Source: Eledone cirrhosa (taxonomy: Eukaryota). From it: DNA of 64,000 bases. Both the position numbers and the translations under genes were made by a program. Location: NCBI GenBank assembly GCA_964016885.1, contig OZ024741.1:90024001-90088000 (forward strand). The letters run 5' to 3'. Under the pieces are notes generated by a model. The model searched no databases. It saw only the letters and a list, made by a program, of their open reading frames with translations, and was not told the DNA's origin. Each line of letters starts with the position of its first letter. The first letter of the stretch is position 1. This document shows, in pieces, positions 50,601-64,000 of the stretch.

Positions 50601-53600
50601 ATACATTGGAATGTATACATTGGAATACATACATTGGAATGTATACATTGGAATACATACATTGGAATGTATACATTGGAATGTATACATTGGAATGCAT
50701 ACATTGGAATACATACATTGTAATGTATACATTGGAATGTATACATTGGAATGTATACATTGGATGTATACATTGGAATGTATACATTGGAATGTATACA
50801 TTGGAATGTATACATTGGAATACATACATTGGAATGTATACATTGGAATACATACATTGGAATGTATACATTGGAATGTATACATTGGAATGCATACATT
50901 GGAATACATACATTGTAATGTATACATTGGAATGTATACATTGGAATACATACATTGGAATGTATACATTGGAATACATACATTGGATGTATACATTGGA
51001 ATGTATACATTGGAATGTATACATTGGAATGTATACATTGGAATACATACATTGGAATGTATACATTGGAATACATACATTGGAATGTATACATTGGAAT
51101 GTATACATTGGAATGCATACATTGGATGTATACATTGGAATGCATACATTGGAATACATACATTGGAATACATACATTGTAATGTATACATTGGAATGTA
51201 TACATTGGAATACATACATTGGATGTATACATTGGAATGCATACATTGGAATACATACATTGGAATACATACATTGTAATGTATACATTGGAATGTATAC
51301 ATTGGAATACATACATTGGAATGTATACATTGGAATGTATACATTGGAATGTATACATTGGAATGCATACATTGGATGTATACATTGGAATACATACATT
51401 GGAATGTATACATTGGAATACATACATTGGAATGTATACATTGGAATGTATACATTGGAATGCATACATTGGATGTATACATTGGAATGCATACATTGGA
51501 ATACATACATTGGAATACATACATTGTAATGTATACATTGGAATGTATACATTGGAATACATACATTGGATGTATACATTGGAATGCATACATTGGAATA
51601 CATACATTGGAATACATACATTGTAATGTATACATTGGAATGTATACATTGGAATACATACATTGGAATGTATACATTGGAATGTATACATTGGAATGTA
51701 TACATTGGAATGCATACATTGGATGTATACATTGGAATACATACATTGGAATGTATACATTGGAATACATACATTGGAATGTATACATTGGAATGTATAC
51801 ATTGGAATGCATACATTGGATGTATACATTGGAATGCATACATTGGAATACATACATTGGAATACATACATTGTAATGTATACATTGGAATGTATACATT
51901 GGAATACATACATTGGATGTATACATTGGAATGCATACATTGGAATACATACATTGGAATACATACATTGTAATGTATACATTGGAATGTATACATTGGA
52001 ATACATACATTGGAATGTATACATTGGAATGTATACATTGGAATGTATACATTGGAATGCATACATTGGATGTATACATTGGAATACATACATTGGAATG
52101 TATACATTGGAATGTATACATTGGAATGCATACATTGGAATACATACATTGGAATACATACATTGTAATGTATACATTGGAATGTATACATTGGAATACA
52201 TACATTGGAATGTATACATTGGAATGTATACATTGGAATGCATACATTGGATGTATACATTGGAATGTATACATTAGAATGCATACATTGGATGTATACA
52301 TTGGAATGTATACATTGGAATACATACATTGGAATGTATACATTGGAATGCATACATTGGAATACATACATTGGAATACATACATTGGAATGTATACATT
52401 GGAATACATACATTGGAATACATACATTGGAATGTATACATTGGAATGTATACATTAGAATGCATACATTGGAATGTATACATTGGAATGTATACATTGG
52501 AATGCATACATTGGAATGTATACATTGGAATGTATACATTGGAATGCATACATTGGAATACATACATTGGATGTATACATTAGAATGCATACATTGGAAT
52601 GCATACATTGGATGTATACATTGGAATACATACATTGGAATGTATACATTGGAATGTATACATTGGAATGTATACATTGGAATGCATACATTGGAATACA
52701 TACATTGGAATGTATACATTGGAATGTATACATTGGAATGTATACATTGGAATGCATACATTGGAATACATACATTGGAATGTATACATTGGAATGTATA
52801 CATTGGAATGTATACATTGGAATGCATACATTGGAATACATACATTGGAATGTATACATTAGAATGCATACATTGGAATGCATACATTGGATGTATACAT
52901 TGGAATGCATACATTGGAATACATACATTGGATGTATACATTGGAATACATACATTGGAATGTATACATTGGAATGCATACATTGGAATACATACATTGG
53001 AATACATACATTGTAATGTATACATTGGAATGTATACATTGGAATACATACATTGGAATGTATACATTGGAATACATACATTGGATGTATACATTGGAAT
53101 GTATACATTGGAATGTATACATTGGAATGTATACATTGGAATACATACATTGGAATGTATACATTGGAATACATACATTGGAATGTATACATTGGAATGT
53201 ATACATTGGAATGCATACATTGGAATACATACATTGTAATGTATACATTGGAATGTATACATTGGAATGTATACATTGGATGTATACATTGGAATGTATA
53301 CATTGGAATGTATACATTGGAATGTATACATTGGAATACATACATTGGAATGTATACATTGGAATACATACATTGGAATGTATACATTGGAATGTATACA
53401 TTGGAATGCATACATTGGAATACATACATTGTAATGTATACATTGGAATGTATACATTGGAATACATACATTGGAATGTATACATTGGAATACATACATT
53501 GGATGTATACATTGGAATGTATACATTGGAATGTATACATTGGAATGTATACATTGGAATACATACATTGGAATGTATACATTGGAATACATACATTGGA

Positions 53601-56600
53601 ATGTATACATTGGAATGTATACATTGGAATGCATACATTGGATGTATACATTGGAATGCATACATTGGAATACATACATTGGAATACATACATTGTAATG
53701 TATACATTGGAATGTATACATTGGAATACATACATTGGATGTATACATTGGAATGCATACATTGGAATACATACATTGGAATACATACATTGTAATGTAT
53801 ACATTGGAATGTATACATTGGAATACATACATTGGAATGTATACATTGGAATGTATACATTGGAATGTATACATTGGAATGCATACATTGGATGTATACA
53901 TTGGAATACATACATTGGAATGTATACATTGGAATACATACATTGGAATGTATACATTGGAATGTATACATTGGAATGCATACATTGGATGTATACATTG
54001 GAATGCATACATTGGAATACATACATTGGAATACATACATTGTAATGTATACATTGGAATGTATACATTGGAATACATACATTGGATGTATACATTGGAA
54101 TGCATACATTGGAATACATACATTGGAATACATACATTGTAATGTATACATTGGAATGTATACATTGGAATACATACATTGGAATGTATACATTGGAATG
54201 TATACATTGGAATGTATACATTGGAATGCATACATTGGATGTATACATTGGAATACATACATTGGAATGTATACATTGGAATACATACATTGGAATGTAT
54301 ACATTGGAATGTATACATTGGAATGCATACATTGGATGTATACATTGGAATGCATACATTGGAATACATACATTGGAATACATACATTGTAATGTATACA
54401 TTGGAATGTATACATTGGAATACATACATTGGATGTATACATTGGAATGCATACATTGGAATACATACATTGGAATACATACATTGTAATGTATACATTG
54501 GAATGTATACATTGGAATACATACATTGGAATGTATACATTGGAATGTATACATTGGAATGTATACATTGGAATGCATACATTGGATGTATACATTGGAA
54601 TACATACATTGGAATGTATACATTGGAATGTATACATTGGAATGCATACATTGGAATACATACATTGGAATACATACATTGTAATGTATACATTGGAATG
54701 TATACATTGGAATACATACATTGGAATGTATACATTGGAATGTATACATTGGAATGCATACATTGGATGTATACATTGGAATGTATACATTAGAATGCAT
54801 ACATTGGATGTATACATTGGAATGTATACATTGGAATACATACATTGGAATGTATACATTGGAATGCATACATTGGAATACATACATTGGAATACATACA
54901 TTGGAATGTATACATTGGAATACATACATTGGAATACATACATTGGAATGTATACATTGGAATGTATACATTAGAATGCATACATTGGAATGTATACATT
55001 GGAATGTATACATTGGAATGCATACATTGGAATGTATACATTGGAATGTATACATTGGAATGCATACATTGGAATACATACATTGGATGTATACATTAGA
55101 ATGCATACATTGGAATGCATACATTGGATGTATACATTGGAATACATACATTGGAATGTATACATTGGAATGTATACATTGGAATGTATACATTGGAATG
55201 CATACATTGGAATACATACATTGGAATGTATACATTGGAATGTATACATTGGAATGTATACATTGGAATGCATACATTGGAATACATACATTGGAATGTA
55301 TACATTGGAATGTATACATTGGAATGTATACATTGGAATGCATACATTGGAATACATACATTGGAATGTATACATTGGAATGTATACATTGTAATGTATG
55401 CATTGGAATGCATACATTGGAATGTATACATTGGAATGCATACATTGGATGTATACATTGGAATACATACATTGGAATGTATACATTGGAATGTATACAT
55501 TGGAATGCATACATTGGAATACATACATTGGAATGTATACATTGGAATGTATACATTGGAATGTATGCATTGGAATGCATACATTGGAATACATACATTG
55601 GAATGTATACATTGGAATGTATACATTGGAATGCATACATTGGAATACATACATTGGAATGTATACATTGGAATGTATACATTGGAATGTATACATTGGA
55701 ATACATACATTGGAATGCATACATTGGAATACATACATTGGAATGTATACATTGGAATGTATACATTGGAATGTATACATTGGAATGCATACATTGGAAT
55801 ACATACATTGGAATGCATACATTGGAATGTATACATTGGAATGTATACATTGGAATGCATACATTGGAATACATACATTGGAATGTATACATTGGAATGT
55901 ATACATTGGAATGTATACATTGGAATGCATACATTGGAATACATACATTGGAATGTATACATTGGAATGTATACATTGTAATGTATGCATTGGAATGCAT
56001 ACATTGGAATGTATACATTGGAATGCATACATTGGATGTATACATTGGAATACATACATTGGAATGTATACATTGGAATGTATACATTGGAATGCATACA
56101 TTGGAATACATACATTGGAATGTATACATTGGAATGTATACATTGGAATGTATGCATTGGAATGCATACATTGGAATACATACATTGGAATGTATACATT
56201 GGAATGTATACATTGGAATGCATACATTGGAATACATACATTGGAATGTATACATTGGAATGTATACATTGGAATGTATACATTGGAATACATACATTGG
56301 AATGCATACATTGGAATACATACATTGGAATGTATACATTGGAATGTATACATTGGAATGTATACATTGGAATGCATACATTGGTACATTGTAATGTATA
56401 CATTGTAATGTATGCATTGGAATGTATACATTGGAATGTATACATTGTAATGTATACATTGGAATACATACATTGGAATGTATACATTGTAATGTATACA
56501 TTGTAATGTATACATTGGAATGTATACATTGGAATGTATACATTGGAATACATACATTGGAATGTATACATTGTAATGTATACATTGTAATGTATACATT

Positions 56601-59600
56601 GGAATGTATACATTGGAATGTATACATTGGAATACATACATTGGAATACATACATTGGATGTATACATTGGAATACATACATTGGATGTATACATTGGAA
56701 TGCATACATTGGAATGTATACATTGGAATGTATACATTGGAATGCATACATTGGAATACATACATTGGATGTATACATTGGAATGCATACATTGGAATAC
56801 ATACATTGGAATATATACATTGGAATGTATACATTGGAATGTATACATTGGAATGTATACATTGGAATGTATACATTAGAATACATACATTGGAATGTAT
56901 ACATTGGAATACATACATTGAATGTATACATTGGAATGTATACATTGGAATGTATACATTGGAATGTATACATTAGAATGCATACATTGGATGTATACAT
57001 TGGAATACATACATTGGAATGTATACATTGGAATACATACATTGGAATGTATACATTGTAATGTATACATTGGAATGCATACATTGGATTACATACATTG
57101 GAATGCATACATTGGAATACATACATTGGAATGTATACATTGGAATGTATACATTGGAATGCATACATTGGAATGTATACATTGTAATGTATACATTGTA
57201 ATGTATACATTGGAATGTATACATTGGAATGTATACATTGGAATACATACATTGGAATACATACATTGGAATACATACATTGGAATGTATACATTGGAAT
57301 GTATACATTGGAATACATACATTGGAATGTATACATTGTAATGTATACATTGTAATGTATACATTGGAATGTATACATTGGAATGTATACATTGGAATAC
57401 ATACATTGGAATACATACATTGGATGTATACATTGGAATACATACATTGGATGTATACATTGGAATGCATACATTGGAATGTATACATTGGAATGTATAC
57501 ATTGGAATGCATACATTGGAATACATACATTGGATGTATACATTGGAATGCATACATTGGAATACATACATTGGAATATATACATTGGAATGTATACATT
57601 GGAATGTATACATTGGAATGTATACATTGGAATGTATACATTAGAATACATACATTGGAATGTATACATTGGAATACATACATTGAATGTATACATTGGA
57701 ATGTATACATTGGAATGTATACATTGGAATGTATACATTAGAATGCATACATTGGATGTATACATTGGAATACATACATTGGAATGTATACATTGGAATA
57801 CATACATTGGAATGTATACATTGTAATGTATACATTGGAATGCATACATTGGATTACATACATTGGAATGCATACATTGGAATACATACATTGGAATGTA
57901 TACATTGGAATGTATACATTGGAATGCATACATTGGAATGTATACATTGTAATGTATACATTGTAATGTATACATTGGAATGTATACATTGGAATGTATA
58001 CATTGGAATACATACATTGGAATACATACATTGGAATACATACATTGGAATGTATACATTGGAATGTATACATTGGAATACATACATTGGAATGTATACA
58101 TTGTAATGTATACATTGTAATGTATACATTGGAATGTATACATTGGAATGTATACATTGGAATGTATACATTGGAATACATACATTGGAATATATACATT
58201 GGAATACATACATTGGAATGTATACATTGGAATGTATACATTGGAATACATACATTGGAATGTATACATTGTAATGTATACATTGTAATGTATACATTGG
58301 AATGTATACATTGGAATGTATACATTGGAATGTATACATTGGAATACATACATTGGAATACATACATTGGAATGTATACATTGGAATGTATACATTGGAA
58401 TACATACATTGGAATGTATACATTGGAATGTATACATTGGAATGTATACATTGGAATACATACATTGGAATACATACATTGGAATGTATACATTGGAATG
58501 CATACATTGGAATACATACATTGGATGTATACATTGGAATGCATACATTGGAATACATACATTGGATGTATACATTGGAATACATACATTGGATGTATAC
58601 ATTGGAATGTATACATTGGAATGTATACATTGGAATGTATACATTGGAATACATACATTGGATGTATACATTGGAATGTATACATTGGAATGTATACATT
58701 GGAATGTATACATTGGAATGTATACATTGGAATACATACATTGGATGTATACATTGGAATGCATACATTGGAATGTATACATTGGAATGCATACATTGGA
58801 ATACATACATTGGATGTATACATTGGAATACATACATTGGATGTATACATTGGAATGTATACATTGGAATGTATACATTGGAATGTATACATTGGAATGT
58901 ATACATTGGAATACATACATTGGATGTATACATTGGAATGTATACATTGGAATGTATACATTGGAATGTATACATTGGAATACATACATTGGAATACATA
59001 CATTGGAATACATACATTGGAATGTATACATTGGAATGTATACATTGGAATGTATACATTGGAATGTATACATTGGAATACATACATTGGAATGTATACA
59101 TTGGAATACATACATTGGAATGTATACATTGGAATAAATACATTGGAATGTATACATTGGAATGTATACATTGGAATACATACATTGGAATGTATACATT
59201 GGAATGTATACATTGGAATACATACATTGGAATACATACATTGGAATGTATACATTGGAATACATACATTGGAATGTATACATTGGAATGTATACATTGG
59301 AATACATACATTGGAATACATACATTGGATGTATACATTGGAATACATACATTGGATGTATACATTGGAATGCATACATTGGAATACATACATTGGAATG
59401 TATACATTGGAATACATACATTGGAATGCATACATTGGAATACATACATTGGATGTATACATTGGAATGTATACATTGGAATACATACATTGGATGTATA
59501 CATTGGAATGCATACATTGGAATGTATACATTGGAATGTATACATTGGAATACATACATTGGATGTATACATTGGAATGCATACATTGGAATACATACAT

Positions 59601-62600
59601 TGGAATGTATACATTGGAATACATACATTGGAATGTATACATTGGAATACATACATTGGATGTATACATTGGAATGCATACATTGGAATACATACATTGG
59701 ATGTATACATTGGAATGCATACATTGGAATGTATACATTGGAATGTATACATTGGAATACATACATTGGAATGTATACATTGGAATACATACATTGGAAT
59801 ACATACATTGGAATGTATACATTGGAATGTATACATTGGAATACATACATTGGAATACATACATTGGAATGTATACATTGGAATGTATACATTGGAATAC
59901 ATACATTGGAATGTATACATTGGAATGTATACATTGGAATGTATACATTGGAATACATACATTGGAATGTATACATTGGAATGTATACATTAGAATGCAT
60001 ACATTGGAATGTATACATTGGAATGTATACATTAGAATGCATACATTGGATCTATACATTGGAATACATACATTGGAATGTATACATTGGAATACATACA
60101 TTGGAATGTATACATAGGAATGTATACATTGGAATGTATACATTGGAATGTATACATTGGAATGCATACATTGGAATACATACATTGGAATGTATACATT
60201 GGAATACATACATTGGAATGTATACATTGGAATGTATACATTGGAATGTATACATTGGAATACATACATTGGAATATATACATTGGAATACATACATTGG
60301 AATGTATACATTGGAATGTATACATTGGAATGCATACATTGGAATGTATACATTGTAATGTATACATTGTAATGTATACATTGGAATGTATACATTGGAA
60401 TACATACATTGGAATATATACATTGGAATACATACATTGGAATGTATACATTGGAATGTATACATTGGAATACATACATTGGAATGTATACATTGTAATG
60501 TATACATTGTAATGTATACATTGGAATGTATACATTGGAATGTATACATTGGAATACATACATTGGAATACATACATTGGATGTATACATTGGAATACAT
60601 ACATTGGAATACATACATTGGATGTATACATTGGAATACATACATTGGAATACATACATTGGATGTATACATTGGAATGTATACATTGGAATGTATACAT
60701 TGGAATACATACATTGGAATGTATACATTGGAATGTATACATTGGAATGCATACATTGGAATACATACATTGGAATACATACATTGGAATGTATACATTG
60801 GAATGTATACATTGGAATACATACATTGGATGTATACATTGGAATACATACATTGGATGTATACATTGGAATACATACATTGGAATACATACATTGGATG
60901 TATACATTCGAATGTATACATTGGAATGTATACATTGGAATACATACATTGGATGTATACATTGGAATACATACATTGTAATGTATACATTGGAATACAT
61001 ACATTGGAATGCATACATTGGAATACATACATTGGAATGTATACATTGGAATACATACATTGGAATGTATACATTGGAATGTATACATTGGAATGCATAC
61101 ATTGGAATGTATACATTGGAATACATACATTGTAATGTATACATTGGAATACATACATTGGAATGCATACATTGGAATACATACATTGGAATGTATACAT
61201 TGGAATACATACATTGGAATGTATACATTGGAATGTATACATTGGAATGCATACATTGGAATACATACATTGGAATGTATACATTGGAATACATACATTG
61301 GAATACATACATTGGAATGTATACATTGTAATGTATACATTGGAATACATACATTGGAATACATACATTGGAATGTATACATTGGAATACATACATTGGA
61401 ATGCATACATTGGATGTATACATTAGAATGCATACATTGGATGTATACATTGGAATACATACATTGGAATGTATACATTGGAATACATACATTGGAATGT
61501 ATACATTGGAATGCATACATTGGATGTATACATTGGAATACATACATTGGAATACATACATTGGAATGTATACATTGGAATGTATACATTGGAATGTATA
61601 CATTGGAATGCATACATTGGAATACATACATTGGAATACATACATTGGAATGTATACATTGGAATACATACATTGGAATGCATACATTGGATGTATACAT
61701 TAGAATGCATACATTGGATGTATACATTGGAATACATACATTGGAATGTATACATTGGAATACATACATTGGAATGTATACATTGGAATGCATACATTGG
61801 ATGTATACATTGGAATACATACATTGGAATACATACATTGGAATGTATACATTGGAATGTATACATTGGAATGTATACATTGGAATGCATACATTGGAAT
61901 ACATACATTGGAATACATACATTGGAATGTATACATTGGAATACATACATTGGAATGCATATATTGGATGTATACATTAGAATGCATACATTGGATGTAT
62001 ACATTGGAATACATACATTGGAATGTATACATTGGAATACATACATTGGAATGTATACATTGGAATGCATACATTGGAATACATACATTGGAATGTATAC
62101 ATTGGATGTATACATTGGAATGTATACATTGGAATACATACGTTGGAATGTGTACATTGGAATACATACATTGGAATGTATACATTGAATGTATACATTG
62201 GAATACATACATTGGAATACATACATTGGAATGCATACATTGGAATGTATACATTGGAATACATACATTGGAATGTGTACATTGGAATGTATACATTGGA
62301 ATGTATACATTGGAATGTATACATTGGAATGTATACATTGGAATACATACATTGGAATGCATACATTGGAATACATACATTGGAATGTGTACATTGGAAT
62401 GTATACATTGGAATGCATACATTGGAATGTATACATTGTAATGTATACATTGTAATGTATACATTGGAATGTATACATTGGAATGTATACATTGGAATAC
62501 ATACATTGGAATGCATACATTGGAATACATACATTGGAATGTGTACATTGGAATACATACATTGGAATGTATACATTGGAATGTATACATTGGAATACAT

Positions 62601-64000
62601 ACATTGGAATGCATACATTGGAATACATACATTGGAATATATACATTGGAATACATACATTGGAATACATACATTGGAATGTATACATTGGAATGTATAC
62701 ATAGGAATGTATACATTGGAATACATACATTGGAATATATACATTGGAATACATACATTGGAATGTATACATTGGAATGTATACATTGGAATACATACAT
62801 TGGAATGTATACATTGTAATGTATACATTGTAATGTATACATTGGAATGTATACATTGGAATGTATACATTGGAATACATACATTGGAATGCATACATTA
62901 GAATGTATATATTAGAATATATACATTGGAATACATACATTGGATGTATACATTGGAATGCATACATTGGAATGTATACATTGGAATACATACATTGGAA
63001 TACATACATTGGATGTATACATTGGAATACATACATTGGAATACATACATTGGAATACATACATTGGATGTATACATTGGAATACATACATTGGAATACA
63101 TACATTGGAATGTATACATTGGATGTATACATTGGAATGTATACATTGGAATGCATACATTGGATGTATACATTGGAATGTATACATTGGAATGCATACA
63201 TTGGAATGTATACATTGGAATGTATACATTGGAATACATACATTGGAATACATACATTGGATGTATACATTGGAATACATACATTGGAATACATACATTG
63301 GAATGTATACATTGGAATGTATACATTGGAATACATACATTGGAATGTATACATTGGAATGTATACATTGGAATACATACATTGGAATGTATACATTGTA
63401 ATGTATACATTGTAATGTATACATTGGAATGTATACATTGGAATGTATACATTGGAATGTATACATTGGAATACATACATTGGAATACATACATTGGAAT
63501 GTATACATTGGAATGTATACATTGGAATACATACATTGGAATGTATACATTGGAATACATACATTGGATGTATACATTGGAATACATACATTGGAATGTA
63601 TATATTGGAATACATACATTGGAATGTATACATTGGAATGTATACATTGGAATACATACATTGGAATACATACATTGGATGTATACATTGGAATACATAC
63701 ATTGGATGTATACATTGGAATGTATACATTGGAATACATACATTGGAATACATACATTGGATGTATACATTGGAATGCATACATTGGAATACATACATTG
63801 GATGTATACATTGGAATGCATACATTCGAATGTATACATTGGAATGTATACATTGGAATGCATACATTGGAATACATACATTGGAATGTATACATTGGAA
63901 TACATACATTGGATGTATACATTGGAATGTATACATTGTAATGTATACATTGTAATGTATACATTGGAATGTATACATTGGAATGTATACATTGGAATAC
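47645..64000. repeat. 14-bp satellite (CATTGGAAT-GTATA/ACATA/GCATA) with 13-bp variants and higher-order repeats; runs off the window
   Basis: More than 16 kb continuous array; identical ORF translations recur at offsets of 2516, 765 and 347 bp, and near-identical ones at 587, 277 and 179 bp. Confidence 0.98.

Noticed and set aside
47583-64000. Very long ORFs (up to 2144 aa) on both strands
   Set aside because: The 14-bp monomer has no stop codon in any frame, so the ORFs are satellite artefacts
47645-64000. CRISPR-like array
   Set aside because: No unique spacers, no cas genes, eukaryotic context

Overview
Eukaryotic, AT-rich, microsatellite-dense genomic DNA with no recognisable host protein-coding gene. 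The repeat repertoire resembles an octopus or other coleoid cephalopod (inference). Bases 1-47.6 kb are a mosaic of transposable elements. These include one apparently intact two-ORF L1/Tx1-type LINE (17766-23817) embedded in (TTA)n, a decayed relative embedded in (TATC)n, tRNA-derived SINE arrays, CR1, RTE, R4/Dong and Penelope remnants, non-autonomous Helitrons and a hAT MITE. Bases 47.6-64 kb are a 14-bp satellite with higher-order duplications, and all of its long ORFs are artefacts. The most interesting hidden signal is RNA-level: at least five hammerhead ribozymes with intact or near-intact cores, plus degenerate ones, sit in short non-coding elements with Penelope-like partial-tandem or inverted architecture. 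Among them is a 430-470 nt circularly permuted, ORF-less, retrozyme-like family present at two loci. All folds and alignments were done by eye.
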